A stretch of DNA of 64,000 nucleotides, taken from Planctomycetota bacterium. Its GTDB lineage: Bacteria; Planctomycetota; UBA11346. This document shows positions 18,729-27,184 of the stretch, one piece after another. Every line of letters begins with the position of its first letter. The stretch's first letter is position 1. Under the pieces are notes generated by a model. That model was not told where the DNA came from and searched no databases. It saw only the letters and a program-made list of their open reading frames with translations. The DNA is taken from positions 1 to 64,000 of the forward strand of contig JBBQSO010000001.1 in the NCBI GenBank assembly GCA_038213805.1. Direction: 5' to 3'. Made by a program: the position numbers and the translations under genes.

Positions 18729-18850
18729 CTGGACGCTAGTCGCTAGACCCTAGACCCTAGACCTGTTGACCGTGTAAGTCCTTGAACCCACAAATTGCAA
18801 CAGTCACCTCGTCCATCGACCTAGGGTCTACAGTCTAGGGTCTAGGGTCT
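18729..18850. repeat. Inverted heptamer arrays (CTAGACC)n at 18729-18763 and (CTAGGGT)n at 18821-18850 around a ~57-nt AT-richer core
   Basis: Read directly; the two units are reverse complements. Confidence 0.9.
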
Positions 18851-18889
18851 GTGGCCTTCATCTCGGGTCTGCGCGCGCTCCGCGCGCCT

Positions 18890-21199
18890 TCACCAGCTCC
18901 AGGCCGCAATCGTCCCATCATACGGCAGGAACACCTGACCATCCGGAGCGAGCGCCAGCCCGGCGATGCGGCTGGTGCCGAGCTCGGCAGCCTTGCGCGC
19001 GGGGCCGACGACGGCGTTGCTGCCGCGGAAGTCGATGACCTGCAGATCGCCGCGCTTGCCATCAGCGACGTAGAGCAGGCCAAGGCGGTCGACCCCCAGC
19101 CCCTTGACCGCGCGGAACTGGCCGGGGTCGTCGCCCTTGCCGCCGCTGTTGGTGACGTGCGCGGCGGTCGCCTTGGCGGGATCGAGCGCGAACTTCTTGA
19201 TCTCGTAGGTGTCCTCGTCGTAGATGTACGCAGCGTCGCCCGCCGGGCTGACCGCGATCAGCGTCGGCTCCGAGAGCTCGTCGGGCATCTTGCCGCGCTC
19301 GTAGCGGCCGAAGCCGTAGAGGAAGGCGCCCAGCGCGTCGAAGACCTGCACGCGGTGCTGGCGGGCGTCGAGCACGTAGGTGCGGCCGGCGGCGTCGCAG
19401 GCCACGGCGGTGACCTTGGCGAACTGGCCGTTGTTCTTGCCCGGCTGACCGAAGACCACCGGCTTGTCCTGGGGTTTCGCGAGATTCCAGCGCACCACCT
19501 GCAGTTTGTCGGCGTCGAGCACCGAGAGCCCCTGACCGTCGGGCGTTACCGCCAGCGCGCTCGCCTCCGAGAACGGACCGCCATTGCGCAGCGTCCCGCC
19601 GAACCGCGCGAGGCGCCAGCCCTCGCCATCGGCGACCGAGATCATCCCGCTACCGGGCTCGAGCGCGAACAGCCGGCCGCGGCCGTCGGCAGCGTACAGC
19701 GACTCGCTCCACAAGCCCGGCCCGCGCACCCCGGTGATCAGTCCGTCCGCGTCGTGGCGCGCGATCAGCTGGCTGCCGGTGAAGGTCACGAAGACCTCGC
19801 CGCTGGCATCGACGCACAGGCCGTCGGCATTGCCGACGCGCTCGACCAGCCCTGCCTCACCGAGGCCCTTCCACGCCTGCGTCGCCTGGCCCTTGACGTT
19901 GACGATCAGCACCTGCCCGCTGGCGAGCAGCACCAGCAGGCCCTTGGGGTGGACGGCGAGGTCGACCGGCGGATTTTTTGCGTCGACCTGCAGCGACCAC
20001 GCGTCGAGCCGGCGCTGGAAGCGGTCGAAGCGCGCGATCTGGCCCTGCGCCGGGTCGAGCGCGAAGAGCTCGCCGCCCGGCCCGAGCGCGATGCGCGTGA
20101 GCCCCGTGAAGGCGTCATCGCCCTTGCCGTCGTGGCCAAGCCGCGCGCGGAACTTGCCATTGGCTTCGAAGACCAGCACGCCACCCGCCCCCTGATCGGC
20201 GACGAACATGGTGCCGTCGCCGGCGATGGCGAAATCGGTGGGGCGCTGGCAGGGGCCGATCTCGCCTTTGCGGTTGCCGTCGGCGCCGAACACCTGGACG
20301 GCGTTGGCGCCGCCATCGAGCACGTACAGGTCGTGGTGCCAGCCGGACGCAGCCAGCGCCCGGCGCGGCGCGGCGCCGACGGCAAAGGCCACCGGCGCGA
20401 CCACCGCCCAGCCGGGCGCGAAGCGCAGCACTTGGCCGCCGCCCTCGTCGACGCCCAGCCAGGTGCCATCGGCGTCGCGCCGCAGGCGCGCGGCGACCAG
20501 CTGGTTGCCTGGACCGAAGCGCGCGAGCGGCTTCGCTTCGCGCTTGCGCCAGTCATCGTCCGCGACCGCTGCGAGCGGCACGTCGACCACCAGTTCCTGG
20601 CCGAGCACATCGCGCGCGCTGACGTGCAGGCTGGCGCCGCTTGGCAGCCCGGGCGCCGTCCAGCGGATCTCGGGCAGGCTGGTGGTGTGGGCGGAAAGCG
20701 TGCCGCCAACGCCCGGCGCGCCGGTCAGCGTCCAGGTGAAGCTGAGCGCATCACCATCGGGATCGGCGATCGGCAGCGTGATTTTCACGCTGGTGCTGAC
20801 CGCCGCGCTGACCTTGGGCAGCGCCCCGCTCAGCGCGGGCGCGGCGTTCGGCGCGGCCTCGCCGGGCAGCGGCACCACGTCCATTCCGCCCGCGAGCACC
20901 GCACCGGAGGTCCACAGCACGCGCGCGCGCAGCATCCCGTCCTCGCCCGGCCCCCCCACCACCTGGGCCTTGGCGACCAGCTGACGGCGCTCGACGATGA
21001 CCTCGTGGGTCAAGGGATGCTTCTCGACCTTGCCCGGCCCGTAGACCGCGAGCATCGCCCCGGGCGCCAAGCGCACGCTGGCGTCGAAGCGCACCACGAC
21101 CGCGCCGGCCTCGGCGCGCTCGACCAGGCCCAGTGGCAGTTCGGCGGCGCCGGCAGCGCCGGCGAGGATCAGGGTCAGGAGCGTGGACAGCGTGCGCAT
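18890..21199 (-). CDS. Secreted NHL-repeat (beta-propeller) protein with an Ig/PKD-like domain
   Basis: Signal peptide; DPDGDALSFTW Ig-like motif; multiple NHL units (P.D.AI..DG..FVADQG, GRTYVLDARQHRVQVFD). Confidence 0.85.
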   Translation of the reverse strand: MRTLSTLLTLILAGAAGAAELPLGLVERAEAGAVVVRFDASVRLAPGAMLAVYGPGKVEKHPLTHEVIVERRQLVAKAQVVGGPGEDGMLRARVLWTSGAVLAGGMDVVPLPGEAAPNAAPALSGALPKVSAAVSTSVKITLPIADPDGDALSFTWTLTGAPGVGGTLSAHTTSLPEIRWTAPGLPSGASLHVSARDVLGQELVVDVPLAAVADDDWRKREAKPLARFGPGNQLVAARLRRDADGTWLGVDEGGGQVLRFAPGWAVVAPVAFAVGAAPRRALAASGWHHDLYVLDGGANAVQVFGADGNRKGEIGPCQRPTDFAIAGDGTMFVADQGAGGVLVFEANGKFRARLGHDGKGDDAFTGLTRIALGPGGELFALDPAQGQIARFDRFQRRLDAWSLQVDAKNPPVDLAVHPKGLLVLLASGQVLIVNVKGQATQAWKGLGEAGLVERVGNADGLCVDASGEVFVTFTGSQLIARHDADGLITGVRGPGLWSESLYAADGRGRLFALEPGSGMISVADGEGWRLARFGGTLRNGGPFSEASALAVTPDGQGLSVLDADKLQVVRWNLAKPQDKPVVFGQPGKNNGQFAKVTAVACDAAGRTYVLDARQHRVQVFDALGAFLYGFGRYERGKMPDELSEPTLIAVSPAGDAAYIYDEDTYEIKKFALDPAKATAAHVTNSGGKGDDPGQFRAVKGLGVDRLGLLYVADGKRGDLQVIDFRGSNAVVGPARKAAELGTSRIAGLALAPDGQVFLPYDGTIAAWSW

Positions 21200-21228
21200 G
21201 CGGCGTCTTCCGTGATGGCGAGCGGTGC

Positions 21229-24108
21229 TCAGGGCTTGATGTGCGCAGCGGTGATGACCCAGCCCGCGTCGTCGCGGCGCAGGTCGTAGAGCACGGTCAT
21301 GCGCTGCTCCGGGAACACGTCGAAGCCATGGCGCAGTGCGGCGCGCACGTGCGCAGTCCGATCCGTGCGGATGAATTCGTCGAGGTGCTCCGCGAAGATC
21401 AGTCCGGGATGGGTCGCGAGCTGGCCAAGCGACTCGGCCCAGGTCGGATCGGCGACCGCCTTGGCGATCGCCGGTGCGTCACCCTTGGCAACCGCGGCAT
21501 CGAGGCCGGCCAGCAGCTGTTCGACCTGCACGCGCTGGCGGCGGTCCTCCAGCCGGGTCTCGAGCAACGCCTGCTCCGGGCGGTGGCCACCGGCGCTGAC
21601 GACGAACGCCGCCAGCGCCTGCTCCAGCGCGGGAATGGGTTGGCTCGGATCGTCGATGCGCTTGACCAGCGCCTGGGCCTCGCCGCCGAGTTGGGCCTCG
21701 CGTTCGGCCGCCGCCTTCTGGGCGGCCTCCTCGACCAGTTTCGAGGCGGCGAACTGATTCTCGGCCAAGACCAGGACAGGGCTGGCGGGCGCGATGGTGC
21801 GCAGCGCACCGAGCTCGGCCTGCGCCTTGCCCAGGTCGCGCGCGGCCAGTGCCGCTTCGAAGCGCTCGCGCACCGCCGCGATCTGCTGCTTCACCACGGT
21901 CACGTCGTTCAGCCCCTGGCTGGCACGCGCGCTGGTCGGGTCGAGCTGCTTGGCGGCGGTGAAGGCGGTCAGCGCGCCGTCGAAATCCTTGCGCGCCAGC
22001 GCCTGCTCGCCCTGGGCGAGCTGGTCGCGCACGGCTTGCGCACGCGCCTCGGCGTCGCCCTTGAGCTTGCGCGCCAGGCGCAGCGCCTGCTCGATCGCCG
22101 GATCGTCGGGGTGCTCACCGGCCAGGCGCACGAGCAGCGCCTCGGCCTGGTCGGGCTTGCCCTCGTTCATCAGCCCGGTGGCCTCGTCGAGGGCGCGCGC
22201 GCGCTGTTTGCGGTCGCCCTCGCGCGCCAAGAGCTGAGTGAGCAGCGCCTGCAGTTCGACGGTGTCGCCGAGCCGGCCCTGGGCGGTGGCGGCGTGCGCG
22301 CCGGCGCCATCGAGGTCGCCGCGCGCCAGCGCAGCCTGCGCGGCACCGAGTTCGGCGCGGCCCTCGGCGCGGTCGACCTCGCCGGCGAGCGCCATCCACG
22401 CCTGGTCGTCGGGATGATCGCGGCGGCCAGCATCGACCAGTGCACGGGCGAAGGCCAGGTCGCCGGCGACCAGCGCGGCGCGCGCCGCCGGCAGCCCCGG
22501 GTTCGCCGCGACGGCGGCATGCGCCGGGGCTGGCGTGGGCGTGGGCGTGGGCGTGGGCGTGGGCACCGCGGCGGTCGGCGCCGGCTTGCCGGTCGGCGCG
22601 CTCGCGACCGGCGCCTGCGCCGGCGGTAAGCCCGGCTCGCGGGTGCGCATGACGATGACCGCGACCGTGCCGGCGACCGCGACCAGCAGGCCGGCCGCGA
22701 GCCATTTCCTGCCGCCACCGGTCCGCTTGCCGGTGAATGAGCCGGTCTTGACGATGGTGCCGCCGCGGCGCAGCTCATCGGGATCAATGAAAGCCGTGGG
22801 CGGCGCCTGCCCGGAGCGCACGGCATCGAGGTCGGCGAGCAGATCGGCAGCGGTCTGATAGCGGCGCGCCGGATCCTTTTGCAGGCACTTCAACACGACC
22901 GCCTGGAAATTCTCCGGGATGTTCGGGTTGATCTCCTTCGGCGGCTTCGGCGAGCTGTGGATGTGCTGGTAGATCACCGAGGTCGGGTCACCGCCGGTGA
23001 AGGGCAGCTTGCCGGTGAGCAGCTCGTAGAAGACCACGCCCATCGCGTAGATGTCGGTGCGGCAGTCACAGGCCTCGCCGCGGCCCTGCTCGGGGCTGAA
23101 GTAGCTGACCGTGCCCATGATCGTGCCGGCCATGGTCAGTCCGGTCTCCTCGCTGCGCGCGAGGCGCACCAGGCCGAAGTCCATGATCTTCACCTGGCCG
23201 CGCTTGGTGACCATCATGTTGGCCGGCTTGATGTCGCGGTGCACGATGCCGAACTCGCCCGCCGCGACCAGACCGCGCGTCGCCTGGATGACCAGGTCGA
23301 GGCTCTCCTGATAGGTCGGCTTATAACCATTGGCGATGCGCCGCGCGAGATCCTCGCCTTCGACGTACTCCATCGCGAAATAGTGCTGACCCTCGTGAAC
23401 TCCCGCGGCGTAGACCTGGACCACGTGCGGCGAAGAGATGCGCGCCACCGCGCGCGCCTCAAGCAGGAAGCGTTTTTTAAAGCCGTCGTTCTCGCTGAGG
23501 TGGGCGGGCAGGACCTTGACCGCGACCTGGCGGTCGAGGCTGGTCTGACGGCCGCGGTAGACCGAGCCCATGCCGCCCTTGCCGAGCAGGTCGGTGAGCT
23601 CGAAGTCACCCCAGGTCTGCATCCCGGCCCCCAGGCCCGAGCTGCCCTGGCCGCGGCTGCTGCCCTCGCCAGGCCGGCCCTCGACCTGGAGGTTGGTGAT
23701 CACCGTCGGCTGGGCGGCGCGCGGCAGATCGGAGCTCTGGCGCTTGGCGCTGTCGGCCTGCGGCGGCAGCGTGGCCAGCGTCTCACCGAGGTCGGGGGCG
23801 GGCACAGGCTGCTGCGGCATGACGATGGTCTGCACGGTCGTGCGCGTCGCGGCCCGCGTGGGCGCGACCGGCCGGGCCACCGGGACGATGGTCATGCTGG
23901 TCTGGTTGGGATCGAAGGCCGGGATCGCTGCTGGAGCGACGGGGCGCGCCACCGGCATCATGGTCAGACTGGTCTGATCGAGGTCCACGGGCGGCGCGAC
24001 GGGCGGCGCGGGTGCCGCCCCACCGGGAGGATTCACGCGCGTGAGCATGGTCTCATCGGGACCCGGCGGCCGGGACGAGGGTGCTGGCTCGGGATCGCGG
24101 GTGGGCAT
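21229..24108 (-). CDS. Transmembrane Hanks-type Ser/Thr kinase with Pro/Thr-rich N-tail and extracytoplasmic TPR-like repeats
   Basis: LGKGGMGSVY, VAVK, HRDIKPAN, DFG, GTVSYFSPEQ and DIYAMG all intact; one TM; (PT)n linker; helical repeats. Confidence 0.95.
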   Translation of the reverse strand: MPTRDPEPAPSSRPPGPDETMLTRVNPPGGAAPAPPVAPPVDLDQTSLTMMPVARPVAPAAIPAFDPNQTSMTIVPVARPVAPTRAATRTTVQTIVMPQQPVPAPDLGETLATLPPQADSAKRQSSDLPRAAQPTVITNLQVEGRPGEGSSRGQGSSGLGAGMQTWGDFELTDLLGKGGMGSVYRGRQTSLDRQVAVKVLPAHLSENDGFKKRFLLEARAVARISSPHVVQVYAAGVHEGQHYFAMEYVEGEDLARRIANGYKPTYQESLDLVIQATRGLVAAGEFGIVHRDIKPANMMVTKRGQVKIMDFGLVRLARSEETGLTMAGTIMGTVSYFSPEQGRGEACDCRTDIYAMGVVFYELLTGKLPFTGGDPTSVIYQHIHSSPKPPKEINPNIPENFQAVVLKCLQKDPARRYQTAADLLADLDAVRSGQAPPTAFIDPDELRRGGTIVKTGSFTGKRTGGGRKWLAAGLLVAVAGTVAVIVMRTREPGLPPAQAPVASAPTGKPAPTAAVPTPTPTPTPTPAPAHAAVAANPGLPAARAALVAGDLAFARALVDAGRRDHPDDQAWMALAGEVDRAEGRAELGAAQAALARGDLDGAGAHAATAQGRLGDTVELQALLTQLLAREGDRKQRARALDEATGLMNEGKPDQAEALLVRLAGEHPDDPAIEQALRLARKLKGDAEARAQAVRDQLAQGEQALARKDFDGALTAFTAAKQLDPTSARASQGLNDVTVVKQQIAAVRERFEAALAARDLGKAQAELGALRTIAPASPVLVLAENQFAASKLVEEAAQKAAAEREAQLGGEAQALVKRIDDPSQPIPALEQALAAFVVSAGGHRPEQALLETRLEDRRQRVQVEQLLAGLDAAVAKGDAPAIAKAVADPTWAESLGQLATHPGLIFAEHLDEFIRTDRTAHVRAALRHGFDVFPEQRMTVLYDLRRDDAGWVITAAHIKP
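22533..22566 (-). repeat. Coding hexamer repeat (GTGGGC)n encoding a (Pro-Thr)n linker
   Basis: Read directly; translates VPTPTPTPTPTP. Confidence 0.9.
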
Positions 24109-24218
24109 GGGCGGGCAACCGGCTGGGAGGCGGGCAGGGCGGACGTCGCCAAGCCGCGGCCTGGAAAGTGACTATGCACCAGGATCCGCCCCATGGGAAG
24201 GCCACGCCGGCCGGCAGG

Positions 24219-24246
24219 TTGACCACTTCGGAGCACGGCGTAGGGT
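24219..24246 (+). promoter_or_regulatory. Possible sigma70-type promoter TTGACC-N16-TAGGGT
   Basis: Motif and spacing read directly, ~70 nt before ATG 24314. Confidence 0.4.
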
Positions 24247-24313
24247 GCTGACCCCTTTCCGCTCACCCCGTCGCCTTACCGCCCCTGCGGCCGGAGTCCG
24301 GAGCAATCGCATC

Positions 24314-25030
24314 ATGGCCAAATCCGTCGCCAACCCCCACGCCGCAGTGATCGCCGATCTGCTCAAGGTCTGTGAAGCCCTGGAGGAGCGTTACGGCCGC
24401 CGCAAGTCACAGAAGTTTACCGACTTCATCGAGGCCCTGCTCTATCAGATCCTTGAGCTCGGCGCCCAGGAGAAGTCGGCGCGCGACGCGCTCAAGCGCC
24501 TGCGCGACGAGTACGTCGACTGGAATGACATGCGCGTCGCCTCGGTGCGCGAGATCGAGGACATCCTCGGCGGCAAGTACTACCTGGTGCGCGAGAAGGC
24601 CGAGGACATCAAGCACCTTCTCGCCGACCTCTACACCGCCTTCCGGCGCATGGAGATCAACGATCTGCTCACCGCCGAGGGCATCGAGACCCTGCGCGCC
24701 CTGCCCGAGACCACCAACATCCGCAAGGACATGGTCGAGCGCGCGCTGCTACTGGTGCTCGAGGTGCGGCTCTTCCCCTGCGACGAAGACCAGTTCAAGC
24801 TGCTCAAGTTCCTCGGCGGCGTGCCCAAGCCCCTGACCACCGTGCAGGGCATCAAGAAGGTCGAAGAGGCCCTCGACGTCGAACAGATCCTGCGCCTGTC
24901 GCGCGGCCTGCGCGAGCACGTCCACGTCTACAGCAAGGACGAGGATGAGCCGCAGATCATCGCCTTCGGCTGGAGCAAGCCGGATCCGCTGGGCATGGAC
25001 AAGCCGGTCAAGGCCGCAAAGAAGAAATAG
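24314..25030 (+). CDS. Divergent endonuclease III / HhH-GPD superfamily-like protein lacking the [4Fe-4S] motif
   Basis: LEERYG..DFIEALLYQIL..A..AL..L..YVDWNDMRVAS..EI; FPCD resembles the FPVD motif; no C-terminal Cys cluster. Confidence 0.7.
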   Translation: MAKSVANPHAAVIADLLKVCEALEERYGRRKSQKFTDFIEALLYQILELGAQEKSARDALKRLRDEYVDWNDMRVASVREIEDILGGKYYLVREKAEDIKHLLADLYTAFRRMEINDLLTAEGIETLRALPETTNIRKDMVERALLLVLEVRLFPCDEDQFKLLKFLGGVPKPLTTVQGIKKVEEALDVEQILRLSRGLREHVHVYSKDEDEPQIIAFGWSKPDPLGMDKPVKAAKKK

Positions 25031-25121
25031 CGCCACCGCGCCGCGCGCCTGGCGCGCGGCGCGCGATCCCGCCGGCGCCCACGCGGCACGCTGACGGCAT
25101 GGCCACGCGAAGGAACAGCAG

Positions 25122-25898
25122 ATGGCGAAGCACTCCCACTGGGACAACATCAAGCACAAGAAGGCCGCGAACGACAAGAAGAAGGGCAAGGTCATCTCGC
25201 GCATGGGCAAGCTGATCACCGTCGCGGTGCAGCTCGGTGGACCCCATCTGAACGAGAACCCGCGCCTGCGCCTGGCCGTCGAGAAGGCGCGCTGGTCGAA
25301 GATGAACATGGAGGCCATCGAACGCGCCATCAAGAAGGCCGCGGGCCTGGCCGGCGACGGCAAGACCATGTCCGAAGTCGCCTACGAGGGCTACGCCCAG
25401 GGCGGCGTCGCGGTGGTGGTGGCCACCCTCACCGACAACCGCACGCGCACTGCGCCCGAGATCAAGAAGCTGTTCGAACGCGGCGGCGGCTCGGTCGGCG
25501 TGCCCGGCTGCGTGTCCTGGCAGTTCAAGGACAAGGCGGTGTTCCTGGTCGACAGTCCCAGCGAGGACGCGGTCATGGAGGCGCTGATGACCGGCAACGC
25601 CGACGCCGAGGACATCAGTCCGGTCGAGGGCGAAAGCGGCACGCAGATCAGCATCACTGCTGCGCCCACCCAGTTTGATGCCGTCCTCAAGGCCCTGGCT
25701 GCAGCCAAGCTGACGATCGCCTCGTCCGATATCACCAAGTTCCCCGACAACCTCGTCGAGGTCGCCGCGCTCGACACCGCCAAGGCCGTGCAGGAGCTGA
25801 TCGACAGCCTCGACGACCACGAGGACGTCCAGAACGTGTTCCATAATGCGGAATTCAGCGAGGAAATCGCGGCGCAGCTGACGACCTCGGAGAGCTGA
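25122..25898 (+). CDS. yebC: YebC/PmpR (TACO1) family protein
   Basis: HSHWDNIKHKK, NPRLRLAV, IERAIKKA, YEGYAQGGVA, TDNRTRT, LDDHEDVQNVFHN. Confidence 0.95.
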   Translation: MAKHSHWDNIKHKKAANDKKKGKVISRMGKLITVAVQLGGPHLNENPRLRLAVEKARWSKMNMEAIERAIKKAAGLAGDGKTMSEVAYEGYAQGGVAVVVATLTDNRTRTAPEIKKLFERGGGSVGVPGCVSWQFKDKAVFLVDSPSEDAVMEALMTGNADAEDISPVEGESGTQISITAAPTQFDAVLKALAAAKLTIASSDITKFPDNLVEVAALDTAKAVQELIDSLDDHEDVQNVFHNAEFSEEIAAQLTTSES

Positions 25899-25932
25899 GG
25901 GACAGCGGCGGGGATACTGATAAAACAGGATC

Positions 25933-26031
25933 CGCGGAGACGCGGAGGTCGGAGGAGGAGACAGGATTGGGCGGTGTCCCCGCATGCGCAGTCCGTTCTA
26001 ATCTCCTCCATCCGGCCACCGCGTCTCCGCG
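25933..26031. repeat. Long imperfect inverted repeat (~100-nt hairpin) with CGCGGAGA-type units
   Basis: cgcggagacgcgg (25933-25945) pairs perfectly with ccgcgtctccgcg (26019-26031); pairing continues inward (ggaggaga/tctcctcc). Confidence 0.8.
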
Positions 26032-26127
26032 CCGCCCGTTCGATCGGCCGTCCTCGCGTCCGAATTGCCCCTTGCAACCGGGGGCTCATTTCACATGCTT
26101 CCAGCCCCTTTCGAAGTGGAGAATCTC

Positions 26128-26382
26128 ATGGCCAGAGGCATGCACCGGCACCGCCGCATCCGACTCGACAACCTGCGCGACACCAAGCTCGCCACCCGCG
26201 CTTTCAAGAAGCCGGGCAAGATCAAGGCCCGCACCCGCCGCGACGCCAAGGTGATCGCCAAGATCAAGGCGACCCCGGAAGGCGTCGGCTACGCCTCCGA
26301 GATCCAGAGCTGGCTCGCAGACCTGCTCGAGAAGCCCTTCACCAAGATCAGCGCCGAGGAGATCAAGTCCGCGATCGCCTGA
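26128..26382 (+). CDS. Small, very basic hypothetical protein (84 aa)
   Basis: GGAG RBS; clean codon usage; Arg/Lys-rich N-half; strong hairpin downstream. Confidence 0.8.
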   Translation: MARGMHRHRRIRLDNLRDTKLATRAFKKPGKIKARTRRDAKVIAKIKATPEGVGYASEIQSWLADLLEKPFTKISAEEIKSAIA

Positions 26383-26415
26383 ACAGGCTCTCCGGCTTGA
26401 TTTTACGACGTTTCC

Positions 26416-26456
26416 GCAACCGGGATGGCGCCCAGCGCCATCCCGGTTGCCTGTTT
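26416..26456 (+). terminator. Perfect 16-bp hairpin, likely intrinsic terminator
   Basis: gcaaccgggatggcgc-cca-gcgccatcccggttgc followed by ctgttt. Confidence 0.75.
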
Positions 26457-26526
26457 ATCGCGGCCGATGCGCTCCAGCGGATGCGAATTTCGCGCCTGAA
26501 CCCCGTATCACCCTGGACGGAATGGA

Positions 26527-26555
26527 TTGCCCGCCCGGCAGGCCCGGGGTATGTT
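26527..26555 (+). promoter_or_regulatory. Possible sigma70-type promoter TTGCCC-N17-TATGTT
   Basis: Motif and spacing read directly, just before the GGAG and ATG 26573. Confidence 0.45.
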
Positions 26556-26572
26556 CAGCGTGGAGAACGGTC

Positions 26573-26809
26573 ATGGACGCTATCGCCGCATACCCCGCTT
26601 CCGCATCCCCAGCTCCCGCTCCGGTCCAGGCTCCGCCGGCAACGCAGGCCCGCCCTGCGGTGACGTCCGACACCAACGGCCCGGACACGGCCACGGTGCA
26701 GCGCACCCGCGCCGACAGTGCCTCGTTCAGCCAGGAAGCCCTGCGCCGGCTGGCGCAGGACCAGCAGGCCAAGCAGATCCCCAGCGCTGACGGCACCTCG
26801 GGGGGCTGA
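26573..26809 (+). CDS. 78-aa low-complexity protein with DSASFSQEALRRL motif
   Basis: GGAG at 26562 and ATG 26573; motif shared with the ORFs at 26813 and 63067. Confidence 0.7.
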   Translation: MDAIAAYPASASPAPAPVQAPPATQARPAVTSDTNGPDTATVQRTRADSASFSQEALRRLAQDQQAKQIPSADGTSGG

Positions 26810-26812
26810 GCC

Positions 26813-26992
26813 ATGGCCGCAGACGCCGTCGGCAGCATCCCGCTCGCGGCCACCGTCGCCGTGCAGCGGCGGGTCATGGCCGTCGAGCAGGCGATGGTGG
26901 AACAAATGCTCGCCGCGCTGCCGGCGAGCGGTGATTCTGCCGAAATCAGCAGCGAATCGCTGGCCCTGCTGAGCAGCCAGGGCGGCGGCTGA
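26813..26992 (+). CDS. 59-aa protein, YjfB-like (putative motility protein), with DSAEISSESLALL motif; absent from the ORF track
   Basis: Hand translation MAADAVGSIPLAATVAVQRRVMAVEQAMVEQMLAALPASGDSAEISSESLALLSSQGGG; starts 3 nt after the previous stop. Confidence 0.7.
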   Translation: MAADAVGSIPLAATVAVQRRVMAVEQAMVEQMLAALPASGDSAEISSESLALLSSQGGG

Positions 26993-27129
26993 GCGCAACG
27001 CTCTGGCTACTGGCTTCATCTACTCCTGAACGCACGCGCACGGCTCAGAACCACGCGAGATGGACATCACACCGTCTCGGTGGAGTCGAACTGCGCCGCG
27101 CCGTGCGCCGATGGACCACAATCACAATG

Positions 27130-27184
27130 AGGGAGGACGGATCGCGCCGCGGGCCGTCCTTGGCCAAGGCGATCCGCCCTCCCT
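27130..27184. repeat. 16-bp inverted repeat (1 mismatch) in the convergent intergenic region
   Basis: agggaggacggatcgc ... gcgatccgccctccct. Confidence 0.6.

Noticed and set aside
18757..18824. IS/MITE terminal inverted repeats (ctagacctgttgac / gtccatcgacctag)
   Set aside because: Only about 9 of 14 positions match; the heptamer arrays explain the pattern better.
26440..26470. sigma28 promoter at GCCGATGC 26463
   Set aside because: The -35 position reads CGGT and lies inside a terminator stem; half-site only.
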